From Euprymna scolopes (taxonomy: Eukaryota): a stretch of DNA of 64,000 bases. Positions 11,853-25,515 of the stretch are shown piece by piece (position 1 is the first letter of the stretch; each line of letters starts with the position of its first letter). The stretch is taken from NCBI GenBank assembly GCA_053919585.1, contig CM132797.1. The stretch is one strand, 5' to 3'. A model generated the notes under the pieces. That model saw only the letters and a list, made by a program, of their open reading frames with translations, had not been told where the DNA came from and did no database searches. The position numbers were made by a program, and so were the translations under genes.

Positions 11853-13169
11853 GGTACTGGTCGCGATTAGAGTTCCCTGCCGAACACCCTAAAAAAACAC
11901 TGCCTTCTCCCTACGCATGAGCAAAGGAGTCCTTTGCCAAAGGACATGTTTTAGTTGCCATAGTAACTAAACGATCATGAATTTTTATCGACTTTGTTTT
12001 ACTGTTTATGAATATTGAAATAAGACATTACTACACATTTATTAATATCTCACTTTTAATCACTTTTATCGACTTTTTTTTTTTTTTTACTGTTTATGTG
12101 TCACTTTTATCGACTTTTTCTTTTCTTAAATAGCATTTTCTTTTTAAATGACTACGTTTTTACTGTTTATGTCTCACTTTTTTTTTATATTGTACTAGTG
12201 CAGTGTACTTATTGATCCGTGCTGAAATAACGTTATTACTTAAAAAGCCATTCTTAACATGGGGAGTGTTTTGTACCTATTGTCTACTTTAACCTTACAA
12301 TTGAATAAAAAAACATTAAACTTTAATTAAGCTTAGAAATACGATTTAAAATATAGCGCGGATCATAAGTGCACTAGCACCCATTTTTTTTATTAATGTT
12401 TAGTAATTATTTTTCTTTTAATATTCATAAACAGTAAAAACGTCGTCATTTAAAAAGAAAATGCTATTTAAAAAAGAAAAGAAAAAGTCGATAAAAGTAA
12501 CACATAAACAGTAAAAAAAAAAAAAAAGTCGATAAAAGTGATTAAAAACAAAGGCGATAAAAGTGAGATATTATGCAAATTCGCCTAAAAAAGTAGAATC
12601 TCATTTTACGGAATTGGCTAAGAGTGTTAATTTACAATGGCACCAATAATGCACCATTGGCACTTCTGCATGTCAGTAACATGAAGCGAATGCGTGTAAT
12701 TTAGTTTCAAGAACCGCCGACAGATGTCGTTTGTCAGCCAAAGAACCGGGGTCGATAACTATTGTTATAATGAAAAAAAAAAAGTTTCATTCAACACACA
12801 AAACTAAAAACACATAGAAATGAAAAAAGTTGGGAAATTATTTTAATATTCATTTTAAGAAAATGCTATTTAAAAAAGAAAAGAAAAAGTCGATAAAAGT
12901 GAGACATAAACAGTAAAAAAAAAAATTTAAAAAAGTCGATAAAAGTGATTAAAAGTGAGATATTATTAATAAATGTGTAGTAATGTCTTTTATTTCAATA
13001 TTCATAAACAGTAAAACAGTCGATAAAAATTCATGATCGTTTAGTTACTATGGCAACTAAAACATGTCCTTTCTTTGCTCATGCGTAGGGAGAAGTCAGT
13101 GCTTTTTGTTTTTGTTTTTTTTAGGGTGTTTCGCTGTTTCGGCAGGGAACTCTAATCGCGACCAGTACC
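11853..13169. mobile_element. Foldback DNA transposon with long TIRs and 8-bp TSD (Merlin-like ends)
   Basis: Ends GGTACTGGTCGCGATTAGAGTTCCCTGCCGAA / TTCGGCAGGGAACTCTAATCGCGACCAGTACC. TSD TTTAAATT at 11845-11852 and 13170-13177. Subterminal ttttatcgacttt repeats. A nested MITE lies at 12191-12381. Confidence 0.85.
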
Positions 13170-13499
13170 TTTAAATTAAATTCAATTTTTACGATATTTT
13201 TTAAATCATTAGTCTAAAGTACAGATTAAAGCTCCCCCGCCCTCATTCACATGTTAAGAATAACTTTCTAAATAACGTAACTATTTCAACACGATCCGTA
13301 AACTGCAGAAGTACTCTTTTTCTTCTTTTCTTTTTTTTTTTTTTTTTTTTTTAAATGACTTCATTAAATGAACATGTTCAGTGTGTTTATTTAGCCAGTT
13401 CGGTATCATAGTGAACCCCGGTGATGTTAGCTTTGTAGGTGGTTCTTATGTAGTTTCTGACTTTTAGTGAACAGACAGAATTACGACTTTGTGTGTGTG

Positions 13500-13539
<40 letters not shown>

Positions 13540-13987
13540 CTAAACTGCGAATCTTACTAGTTATGACTGTCCAAAGAAACATTTTCGACGTGATTAATAA
13601 CAAAACCATTTGTGCTTTCTTTTGCTAGCTCGTTTCTTTCGCTTGAAATCGTCATAAATCAATCTTGATGACACACAGGAGTGCCCCCCCCCCTTATTTT
13701 ATTTTATTTATTTTTTTTTACTCCTTTTCCTTTTCTTATGACACAACAATTTTATCACTTTTTTGCTTGAAAATGGTGCTCTGCTCTGCTGCTTAAATAG
13801 ATTGGCTCTGTGAAAAACCGTTAATGACTTACGGCGACCGAAATGCAACTTACACAAAATTCAACGCTGGTTCCTAAAACTGAAAACAATTTACTGATTT
13901 ATTTAAATTGTTTTTTCTTACTAATTCTTTTGTAAAGTGTTTTCTGGTGTTATTTTATTTATTTCAACTGTCCAAATAATTTAGCTG

Positions 13988-14039
<52 letters not shown>

Positions 14040-15693
14040 TGTTGCGTTTCGTGCGTATATTTTGATTTTTGTTAGTGCGTGTATAGATCGACCCCCATGG
14101 CTACCTATATGTGAATTTAAAATTTATTTAAAAAAAAAAAAAAAAAAAGTTCTCTAACACTGACGTGGAGAAAATGTTTCTCCAAAAAGGGGCAACTCTA
14201 GATTGAGACAATTTAAAAAAAAAAAATGTTTTTTACTGGCAGATATTGCACTTTGTTTCACGTCCACGTGATTGAATTTACCTGAAAAAGTCAATTCAAC
14301 AATAATGCCACCCCCCCTTTCTTTCAGGAACCTGTGTTTAATAATTTGGTGTAGTTTCCTTTCGACTATGATAGAATTTTACCGAATCAACATAGGCAGT
14401 CATGGAGTCTAAATCAACGAATAAGCAATGAAACGTTTAAATTTTTTTTCTTTATTTGGTGCTTGTCCAGAATTAAACCTAATTAAGAAAAAACAAATAC
14501 ACAAATTTTTGTACGTATCAGTTACTAAATGAAAATGTCATTACATATTTCATAAATTGACTTATTTTTTTAAAACTAAATTTTTTAAAAAAAGTCAATT
14601 TATGAAATGTTTAATCAAATTTAATGAGTAAGCCACTTGATCAATTCAAACTACCGAAATCAAACTCCTATTGGTAACGGATATAATTTACCATTAAAAG
14701 CGCTAAAAAGTGTAAACAAATTATATATTTTCGATACTTTTTTTGTGACCAAGAGCGGAGGTCCACTTGAAATATAAAAATATTAAATACAAAAAGTAAC
14801 ATTGTTTTTCATGCTTCAAAAAACCCTCATAACCTTTAAGTCACTTTCCTAGAAGCATACGTGGACTTTTAACATGTATATATAATCAATTTTGGAATAT
14901 GACATTTTCTTTCTGTGACGGATACGTGTATCATAAAAGATTTTTCTGTATTTTTTTTTATTTAAAAAATCGATTGAATTCTGAATAAGAACCCTTTTAT
15001 TTCATGTTATTTTGACGACGTCACGCGTTGTCAGCTTTCGTGAGAAGATACCGTCGATATTTATATCCTCCTCTTCCCCTCACCCGCATTCGGTTGCTGC
15101 TACTGATTGTCTAAATACTTACGTGTCCATTTGTGCTCCTCCTACAGTTATTTCCTTTACTCCTACCCCGAGGAGGGGGGAGGCGATGCACTTTAAAAGA
15201 ATGACATAGTTTTTTGCTTTCCACTCAACATGAATTACTACGCACACAAATTCGCTTTTACCAAGTTCGCAGTTTCTTTTGATTTTTAACCTTTTCGAGA
15301 TTTTACTTTTCTATTTTTCGCATACCTATGTTTTCCGTTTAACTTCGTTCGATTTCTATTAAAAAAGGTGGGGGCGATTAGCTTGAACTTTTCGGCTTTA
15401 AGATGGCCGTCATTGAAATATTAGCTTAAATTAGTTCTAGTTTTTATAACACTAATTAAATCACTTATTTAACCATAATCTGGTTATTATATATTATTAT
15501 TATTATATTGCTTGGTCATTAAATTCTTATAAAACTATAAAGTGTGATGAATTTCGGTATTACTTTCTTAATAAATCCCTGTTTCTCCAAAGAAAACGGC
15601 TTGGTTTTTGCCCTTAAAATACATAGGCGAAAATCAGTTCCAACTGAATTAACAGGGGAAACTCTTTGATATTAGATAAAAATAGGTATCTAC

Positions 15694-15730
<37 letters not shown>

Positions 15731-17291
15731 GAAATAGGGAAAAAATTAACGCGTAGAATAAAAATCAAGTTCGATCGTATTTTTAGGATTCGTCATTGAT
15801 AAAAACGCAAATGTAAAACAGGGGAGATAAGTCTGTTTCATCAAATCAAGCACGATTTTCACCTGTGTATTTTTATGTACAAGCACATTTTATAAAGCTT
15901 TTTCTATTACGCTTAAAAAAAAAATGGTTCCCTATCCTTTAACTAGAAAATTATGAACTTCAGTTATCGTCCTGAGACTTATAAGGAAATTTACTTTTTG
16001 TGAAGGTAACATACCCTGAAGTTTTTAGTTGATTACAATTAGTTGACCGAAACAAACATACCCATGAATGTGTAGCGGGAATTCCTGACTTTTTGTCTCA
16101 CAATTTTTGGTCTGCTAAAATTTTAATCACGTGATTACGGTGTAACGACAATAAAACCATTCATTCAAGTATCGCTTGTTATGGATTTAGCTGAATACGA
16201 TATTAAAAATCACTTTATTGATACTTATGTTACCTATTGCAACTATTCTGTACTTTCACCTAACAAATTCATAAACAAACGATATCGTAAAACTTAAATT
16301 TATATGTATATAATCATTTTATTATATGTATTTTTTAGATGGGAGAGGATTGATTTAGCGAGATAAAGGACAGGTTGACTAAATTCATGATTTAAATTTG
16401 TAATTATAAAAAAAATCATTTTCAGTTGCGTGCACTTACGTTACCGAACTAGCGGGTGTATTGTAACTATTCTGTACTTTCACCTAACAATTTAGTAAAA
16501 CAAAAAAGATATTGTAAACTTGAATTTAACTTGAATACTGTTTTTTAAAAAAGAGCACGGTGACATAAGTGCATGTGGCGACAACAATTGTCCGATCGTT
16601 TTGAAAATATATTTTCGTTTGTTATAATTTATTTTATATTTGAACAGTTTAGCTTTAGTCAAAGACTAAGCCAAGAACGATAACTGGATTCAACTAAAAT
16701 TCTGGATTTTTTCCTTAAGTAGCACAGGTGAACCAAAATACTTGGCGGCAAACTTTGAATAATTTCAGTAATAACTATTAACTATTCGCTACTTTAAAGA
16801 CCTCAAAATTACTTTCGAATGTCCAGCTATGAACGTAAACGTCGTGTCGTACATTTTTTTTCTTTACAAAAAAAAAAAAAATGATTACAACAGTTGACAA
16901 TTCGAAATTGATTTTGAAACATAATTTTGTCAATTTTAAAAACATGTCATTTTGTTGTCTACAATTAGTTAATTGATGTAGTTTGACAATGATGCCCCAT
17001 TAGGAGAAAGATAGTCCTTTGTTACCACTACTCCCAGATTCACTTCCACCTGTCTGTGAATTAAATAGAATCTGATTTATAGAATCCATCAAAATTATCT
17101 TAAATTTGGAGATATTAAAGAATTTGTGCAAACTTTTTACTGAAATGACTTTAATATTATAAAACAATTAACTTTAATTTTGCGTATAGTTTTTAGATGC
17201 AAATATTTTAATGAACTTATTAAAACATTAAACTTTATCTCCATTTAAGGGGAGTTGTAGTTGACAGTATTTTTTTTTTTAATAAATTTTG

Positions 17292-17486
17292 GGTACTCAT
17301 GCAGAGAGTGATCCTTGCTGAAATAATGTTATTTAAAAAGCCATTCTTAACATGGGGAGGGTGTTTTGTACCTATTCTGTATTTTAACCTTACTATTGAA
17401 TAATAAAAAAAAAAAAATTTTTAACTTTAATTAAACGTGGAAATACGATTTAAAACATAGTGCGGATCACTCTCTGCATTAGCACC
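17292..17486. mobile_element. Small MITE with GGTACT/AGCACC ends and near-8-bp TSD
   Basis: TIR ggtactcatgcagagagtgatcc / ggatcactctctgcattagcacc. Flanks aaattttg / aaattttc. Confidence 0.8.
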
Positions 17487-18795
17487 AAATTTTCGAATCT
17501 GTAATTTTTTTTGACACGCCAGCACGCCATACGCCAAATTTCATTCCGTCATAAAAAATAACTTACAGGAATTCTTTTTTACATTTTTATCTAGCAAATA
17601 AACAAAATCATATGAAAAACCACATTATTATTTTTAGAATCCAACAACCGTTTATTTTTACAATCCAACAACGGAGCTGAAGTCGATGTTTTCGATTGTA
17701 AAACAAAACCTAATGTTTTTGATAAATCTGTGTGGCGAACTGCTGAATTATTTTTCTAAAGAACAAAATTGAATAAACTTTATTTTTACAAGAATGTGTA
17801 TACATTTATTTAGCGAATAAACATAAAAATATATGAAAAACCCATTTTTTAAATTGACGACTTGTTTTTGTTTTATGCTGAAAACAAATATCACATTCAA
17901 ATTTGGGGCACACCAGTAGTTTTCTAGATATTGAGACATTTTTTCCAATGTATTGCCTAATGTCAATGGCGGTCGCCATTCTTAATATAAGGGGGAGTGT
18001 TTTGTAACACGCATGCGCATTCGTACTTTTCAGTTGGGAGAAAACATGGCCACTAGTGAAAACAATGGATAACATTCAATAATAAAGATCTTAATGTACA
18101 GATCTCGATAGTGTGAATGCAGTTGTCTTCCCCTTATTTATAAAACATGGCGGATCAAAACAATGTCTCCTTTAGTCATAAAATTTGATTTTCTTAGTTT
18201 AAAAAAATATAGTTGAGCGTATTTTTTGGAATATGACATGTTCGTTTCGTAACGTAACGTCATTTTTTTTTTTTTTTTTTTTTCTCGGAGTCTTAGTGCT
18301 TAATCGATAATATTCCGAAAAAACAAAAACAATAATCTTACAGGGATGAAGAGTATATGCCGCCAAGAATATTTCAACACTAAAGTAAGTAATTCGATGC
18401 TTGCATCTATGGCGGCAATTAAAGTAAAGGAAAATACAGAAATGTCTGTAACGTACCAGTCACGGAATGAAGATGAAATATTCCAAAAAATTACGTCGGC
18501 TATCATTAAATCTAAAATAAAAAATTGGAGGTAATTCAAATGGAAGTGTTGAGGTGAAAAATCGGCCTTACTTTCAATGCAGTTTAATAGTAAAATCGCT
18601 AAAAATTCAAAATTTTTATTTTCTTAGTTTTAAATAAAATACGTGATCGATTTACGTATTTTGGAATCTGACGTTTACGTTCTGTAACGAGTTCGTACAT
18701 CATACAAACTTTTCTGTATTTTCTTTTGTTTTAAATACCGCCAGAAGTGTCAATTTAATAAGTACCAATAATTCTTGTAAAAAGAAAAGGTATCA

Positions 18796-20090
18796 TTTTA
18801 GAAAAAGCGTGAACTCGAACTCGTAGAAAAAAAATATATTGTTTTTGTAAATTTCGATGTGCTGAAAAAGAATCCGAAAACCGTATCCGTCACAAATTAA
18901 TAGTTTCGAAGATATTAATATTTTTCCAAGGGATTATTTTCTTTGTAAAATCAGCTATAATGGCGTAAGTCGGTTGATTGCGCATGCGCACAGGCGCCAT
19001 TTAACTGACTTCATTTACACTGCGCGTAAGCCGTAGTCACGTGACATTTCACAAGGCACATGAATACATGGCGGACATTTTAAATCACAAGAAATATTCT
19101 CATAAAATAAAAATAAAGTTTTCATTTCATTTAATTGTAAAAATAATGCTGTCAGTAAGTTTTCACGACCGATTTACAAAAATTCTTTTTACGTTCTTTT
19201 TTTTTTTTTTTTTTTTTTTTTTGTGGTGGGAGGTATTCAATTACTTGTACAGCTTAGGTGCTTCTTCTGCAGTTTAATTACCCGGTTTTCCATAAATAAC
19301 GTGCCGACATTTATCCCTTCCGCCCCGCCCCGCCAATGTAAACAAAGAATTTTTGTGAAATATTAATCAGTACTCCGGCGAAGTACTGATTTAGCGGGCA
19401 GTTTTTTTTTTTCTTTTTTTTAATAAGAACGTTTTTAAATGTGGTTCATTATTTATGTGTTACGTAGTTTTTAATGCCGAAATTCATCAAGCGGAGTACT
19501 TTTCATGAGCGGTTTACAAAAACGTAATTATCTAGTACTCCGCTCGATGAATGTCGGCACGTTACTTACGGAAAAACGGATAATTGTTTTTGTAAACCGC
19601 TCATGAAAACTTAATTTTTAGATCAATTAAAAAGCATTAAAAACTACGTAACACACAAAAAAAATGAACCCCATTTAAAAACTTTCTTATTAAAAAAAAC
19701 TGCCCGCTAAAAATTACTCCGCAATGTGACAAGTCACTTTGGTAAAGTGACTTTACGCTCGTGCGCACGCGAACGCAAAGACCGAAATTTCGTAAACAAA
19801 TACAATGATGCGTTTTGTGATATTTACTTTTTACTTAAGGAAACTAATAAAATGTTAAAAAAAATTTTTTAATAAATGTGAGTTCTCGTCAGTCTGTGGG
19901 CATGCGTAATCAGGCGACTTACGCCATTATAGCTGAATATACAGAGAAAATAATCCCTTAGAAAAATATTAATATGTCCAAAACTATTAATTTGCAACGG
20001 GTACGGTTTTCATATTCTTTTTCAGCACACCGAAATCTACAAGAAAAATATTTTGTTTTCTACTAATTCGAGTTCACGCTTTTTCTAAAA
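18796..20090. mobile_element. Foldback DNA element with ~190-bp TIRs and an internal inverted repeat
   Basis: ttttagaaaaagcgtgaactcgaa...cagctataatggcgtaagtc versus gacttacgccattatagctg...ttcgagttcacgctttttctaaaa. Second IR at ~19390-19710. Confidence 0.8.
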
Positions 20091-20239
20091 ATTTTACCAA
20101 AGAAAAAATGTTTATTGCGTAAGCACGAATTTAAATAATTATTACGTAATTGCGCTTTTCAGAATGCATTATTTTGTAATAAGAAAACATTATGGCCATG
20201 GGTTAAGGTTCGCGGTTAATTTTTTACAAAGGAATCACC

Positions 20240-20612
20240 ATTGATCAAGGCCCGGAGGCCACTACTCGAGGATAAGGGTTAGTAGGTATACATTAGTCAA
20301 TGGGATTATAGCGTAGTAATCATAAGTAGTGGAAATTGGATTACTTAGGGGGCGGTTCATCAAGAACTTGTTTATGTTGAACTTGAAGACAATTTGTAGT
20401 CAGCTAGGCGTGCAGTTTTAAGAAAGAAACTTTGTTCATGGAATCTACGTTTAGGGTGAGGCGAGACAGAGGCACCGATAAAGAGTGAGAAATTGATAGT
20501 GGTTTTGGCTAGACGAGTGTTTTTCGTGAAAGTTTGGCGAGAGGGGGGGGGGCATAGCTTGCCATGAAATAACGATAAAGTAGAGACAGGCTCGCAACGT
20601 CACTTCTGTGAG
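20240..20612 (-). mobile_element. CR1-group LINE 3' fragment
   Basis: Matches 22620-23020 (ttacttagggggcggttcat...ccatgaaataacgataaa). Confidence 0.7.
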
Positions 20613-21053
20613 AAATAATATCCAATGGTGTTAGGGGTTCCGTTCAATCCTAAGAGGCTATTCTTCTCGTTATTAACCCTTGAGGAGGCACCCCAATCGG
20701 GGATGCCGATCACGAATGTACTCTTTTAAGATGAGAGCTCGATTTTCTCACATTAAACCTCCCTCGGGTCACCCCCCCCCCTACATCCCCCCCCCCATAA
20801 GAGAAGAGTAAATATTACCTTAAAAGATCATGTTGCGGTATGGCAACGATGCTAAACATCTTTATCAAAAAAGAGGATGAGCATCTAAGAATGGTTACAT
20901 AAAAAACTATATATACTTTATTAAGTATACAAGCAATTACGTATTTAACCTGACGATATCCTCCAGGAATAAAACCTCAAGTAGCTTACTTGCCATATAT
21001 CATTTCATACTATATTTTTTGTCGTTGTCGCATTGAATAATATGATTGTGATC

Positions 21054-21145
21054 TGGCTAAGATCACAGTGTAGTATCTGTTCTGATGTTAAACTTCACCT
21101 TTTCTGTCCTCAGTCAGTAGAGGAGAAATCCTTCATAACTGAGAC
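21054..21145 (+). mobile_element. U2 snRNA-headed SINE-like element (5' part)
   Basis: TGGCTAAGATCACAGTGTAGTATCTGTTCT matches U2. It is followed by body cagtagaggagaaatccttcataactgagac. Confidence 0.75.
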
Positions 21146-22409
21146 TAAATCAATTTAGTATTACGTAATAATAGGAAAGAAAGGACGTTTTAATACGTCT
21201 CCCGTCTTTAATGATACAGAAAGTAAAGCTCCATGTTCTGTTCTCATAATATCCCCTTTTATTTTTAAATAAATAAAAATAAAAAAAACTATTATTCTAG
21301 TATAATATTCCAAATGAGTTTCGGTATGTTACATGCGTAATGCTAACTAGATTTTAACTCTAAATGTTTTGTTTGTTTTTGTTTTATTTATTTATTTTTT
21401 TTAGATAGAATTTTCAAATTAAATTCCATTGTTATAGTATCTTCTATTTTATTAAATTGATGCAGAAGTTTAAAAAAATCTTTCCTGTGTTAAGAATGGG
21501 GTTCTTATTTCGGCACGGTCCGTATTTAATAAATACCATTTATCATGTTTATTTATCTATCACGGAAAGTGGACGTAATTGAAGGTTTATTTAACGTGAG
21601 GGGTCGAGCTCGAGCTTCGGGTCAGATTACATCGCAAAATTTGCAGTGACCTACAAAAAGTCAAGTTCTCTACTGAAAACAAACGGGTATTCCACTATCA
21701 TATAAGTAATTGTAAAACTTTTTTTATTCCTTGATGCGTTTTTTTTTTTTTTTTTAAATCGCATCCAGTAAGGTTAAATGTTGTTTTTTTTTTTTTTGTT
21801 TTTTTTTAACTGAGATTGAAACTCATCTGAAATATCTATTTACGAAAGTGGTATTTTATATAAATTAAAACAAAAAGTGAATAAATTTCTGTTCAATTTC
21901 CGGCCATTTTCTACCCATAGAAATCGGAAAATTATTCTTTCTACCTGATGTCATTTCATCCCCCCCCCCCGTCTTCTTCTTCGACAAGCCGTTACCATAA
22001 ATGACATCATTACCTCGAACCACAAAAAAAATGAAAACGTTCGTAATAAAACTGTTTTTACCTAAATATATATATTTTTTTTAATAGTTCGTAATTTTTT
22101 TTTTTTTTACAACCTTGATGAAAGGAAAAGGGTGATATTGAATTACTAGGTTGATTTATAACTTCAAAATGCATGATGAGGTCAAGGATGTTTCCCCATT
22201 CTGTGCTGAGTTGCATTGGGGTCGATCTCTCGCTCTCAACCACATGCGTGTGCGTGCGCGCACACACACATACACACTACACATATATATGCTGATTTTA
22301 TAAAACTAGAGTGCATAATGTTTTGCATTCCATATGACGCTATTCAATCATTCTATTAGTTATTGATACCATTAGGTTTCAGGGATATCGATTTTTTTTT
22401 TTATCTCAC

Positions 22410-22567
22410 TTATGTGGGGTTACCCCCACATATCAGATCTTGGTCAATGTAGGGGAAACCCTTCATGCAAATTGTCACTATCCTGCTCCAATTTCTCACT
22501 CCCCTCTCCCTCCACATTATAAAAAGGCCTTGTGCCTAATTTGCTCTGTGGGGAAGCAAATAAATAC
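22410..22567 (+). mobile_element. Headless copy of the U2-headed repeat
   Basis: tatgtggggttacccccacata...ttggtcaatgtaggggaaacccttcat...ggccttgtgcctaatttgctc.gtggggaagcaaataaatac is the reverse complement of 2002-2177. Confidence 0.75.
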
Positions 22568-22614
22568 AACTCACTTCATTTTTTTTTTTTTTTTCTTACA
22601 CAGTGGTCACCACC

Positions 22615-23150
22615 GTCACCACTTATCCCTGAGTGGCTTCCGGGCCTTGATAAGGGTCATTGCAAGTACGTACATTACGTTAGTGTGGAGATTTGATGAA
22701 GTGTTTACTTAAGGGGGCGGTTCATTAGGAATTTGTTAACATTGGACTTGAAGACATCCAAGTTGTAGTCAGGTAGGAAGCAGGCAGACGGAACAGTTCC
22801 ACAGGGTGCAGTTCTAAGAAAGAAGCTTTGTTCATGGAATCCACGTTTTGATTTAGGCACATATAAAGAGTGGAGGAAATTTTTCACAGTGGATTCAGCT
22901 AGACTGGTGTTTATCGTGAAAGATTGGCGGGGGGGGGGCGGAGATTGGAGTTCAGACGAGCACCTGCCATGGAAATAACGATAAAACAAGGATATTCTCG
23001 CAACGTCTCTTCTGTGGGAGAGAGGTTGCAGGGTAGAGAAAAGGGCATCCCCCACTAAGCCACGAAGTCTATTTTGTACTCTGTCAAGGCAGGATAGGCT
23101 GTTTTTAGCAGCTCCTGCCAAGATATGGCAGCAGTATTCCATCCTTGGAC
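22615..23150 (-). mobile_element. CR1-group LINE, 5'-truncated RT C-terminus plus 3' tail
   Basis: ORF 22705-23142 MEYCCHILAGA..LDRVQNR..LQPLSHRRDVARISLFYRYFHGRCSSEL..SFFLRTA..YNLDVFKSNVN is the typical CR1-group ORF2 C-terminus. The tail motif recurs at ~925-965 and ~29213-29250. Confidence 0.85.
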
Positions 23151-23151
23151 G

Positions 23152-23182
<31 letters not shown>

Positions 23183-23390
23183 TTATGAAAATCTATATGG
23201 CAATTAAGCTACAGAATTTTCTGCGTTTTATTCTTGTAAGGATTCGTCAGGCTATCTAGCTTTACTCCGGTATTGAGCACTGTTGGAGTACATCGATACA
23301 TAAAAGTGAGTGTTATATATATTGAGCCCAATGCAAAGCAACACAGAATGGAAAACATCCTGGACCTGATCATGCATTTTGAAGTTGATT

Positions 23391-23445
<55 letters not shown>

Positions 23446-23919
23446 GTTTTTGTGTATTGATATTCATATTAAAAAGGTTGAACGACGGCATTACGAATAT
23501 GCATGCGTAACATAATAGTTGTTGATTCATTTTTTTTAATTTTTACCCTTGAGCAAACATGTCTTCATAGTTCAGGCATTAACGTCAAAGGAAAAAGTAA
23601 ATCGTAAGCTAAACGATTCTCGGTAGTGGCGCACAAGTCTTCACTTTTTAAATCATTACTATATATTGGGTCCAATATAATAAATACGAAATATATATTT
23701 ATCATATTAAACGCGTATCTTACGACCTGGTAATGCCGAATGGCCTGCTAGTAGATATATATTTTTCTGCATTTTAGTCAAGCTAACTGCTAACATCTCT
23801 TGTGAGAAAAACTCAAAAACGTTCACGCCCATCTGCAACCACTCCCACGGTCATTCCAGCTTATAGCTAAAATGTTTATATATTTTTTATTTCTTTTTAT
23901 TTTATTTTTATTTATTTTT

Positions 23920-24440
23920 TTACGCACGTTCACCCCTAACAGGGCATTCACTACTTGAACGTAAGCGACTACTATTTGGGTCCATACCTAGGAAAGATTA
24001 ACAAGATGTTGGTTTACATTACATTTAAACTTCTGCATATCAGCACAGTCAGGGAAACAGGTAACTGAAAGGGAGTTCCAATGTCTAGCTGTTCGAGGGA
24101 AGAAACTATTTAGAGTAGAAAGCTTTCTGGCATTTAGGAATCTCAACAGTGAAGGGGTTAGATTTTGTTGCTAAATGGGTTTGTCGGGGATATGTCCGAG
24201 AGGGCACAAGTGCAACGAGTTCATCAGAGCAGATTCTGTTAAAATATTTGTAAAACAGACATAGAGATGCAATATTTGTGGCGATGGGGCAGAGGGTGGA
24301 GCTTAGTTGACAAAGTGGGGCCTATTAGATTGAAAACTATTTTGAACCCTGTCCAAGAGGGAGAGGCTAGTTGTAGATGCACCAGCCCAGATGTGACAAC
24401 ATTATTCGATGCATGGGCGAATGGTGACCTTGTACAGGTA
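23920..24440 (-). mobile_element. Second, diverged CR1-group LINE 3' fragment
   Basis: The minus strand reads (with frameshifts and stops) YKVTIRPCIE*CCHIWAGAS..LLDRVQ..LHPLPHR..LCLFYKYFN..SFFPRTARHWNSL..KFKCNVN. An A-rich tail lies at ~23880-23920. Confidence 0.8.
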
Positions 24441-25244
24441 CACGATACTCTCAAGTGTGTGAATTCATTTCCTATGAACTGCGAAACGGTTGGCCGATTT
24501 TTTTTTTTTCTGTATAAATTTCACAAATATACTTGATGTAAAGCACAATTGAACCATGATTCTTGACTTTTGCATTTTAACTTTAATTCCGGCTGTTATA
24601 TATAAAATGATTTTATAAAATCAACAGTGCAATGTAAATATGTCACTGCGAGGAGGCATGTGACGGTTTATTCAGATACACCACGATGGCTCCCCCGGCT
24701 AGAGCAGACAGTCAATCGATTTGTAATCTTTCACAATGCCCCCACTCACATGTGTGCTTCTTTGTGGAAAGAATTGTAAATGCCAAGATGCATTTGAGGA
24801 AGGTTGAAGGTTTCATCGGCCAGAACGTTGTGAATATAATAACTCAGATTAGAAGTGTATAATGTGAATCTTGTTTCTGATCTATGAACATCTTATCGAC
24901 TTAGTTAAGTCTAGGCTCGTAATTTCTTAGAATTTAAAAATAATCATTACAAGGCCTTTCTTAAAAGGTAAGAGGATTTAAAGAATTTTATTTTCGAAAC
25001 TAAATAATAGTATTCAGCGTTAGGGTAGAATCACTCCCGTCTCCTGGTTAAATTACTCTTTAAAAAGAGGGGTGGGGGTGGGCTATATTTAAAATTGGGT
25101 AAATATGCAGGTGTGTAAATTATTAGATTTTAAAATGCTATTTTTAATAGTGTTTTTATTTATTTATTTATTTATTTAATAATGATGAAGCTTTTTATGG
25201 TTTTATTTAAGTCGTTGGGTGAAATGTGTACCTCCGTCCTCCAA

Positions 25245-25515
25245 GTCCTGGATATGACCTTAAACTATATCCGATGGTGAGGCCCCAGCTTCCGGGCTCT
25301 GCGGAGTGAAGCCACCCTTTAATTGCCATTGCTTCCAGGTCCACTCTGACTCGGAGTGGTAGTACCTGTTAGGTCCCAACTATGGGTTAAAAAGAAACTG
25401 ACTTGCAAAAAACAAATATATTCTATTAAAAAAATTTTCTTCAAAATCACCGGATTCGGCATTAAATAACCTGAAAAGGGTTGATATGCCGTAAAACAAA
25501 AACAACCAACCAACC
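25245..25515 (+). mobile_element. Short retro-repeat with (AACC)-type tail (RTE-related SINE-like)
   Basis: gtcctggatatgaccttaaac...ccaggtccactctgactcggagtggtagtacctgttagg...ggttgatatgccgtaaaacaaaaacaaccaacc. Near-identical copy at 63221-63497. Confidence 0.75.

Noticed and set aside
21054-21083. Functional U2 snRNA gene
   Set aside because: Only ~30-36 nt of the 5' region is present, with no Sm site or 3' stems.
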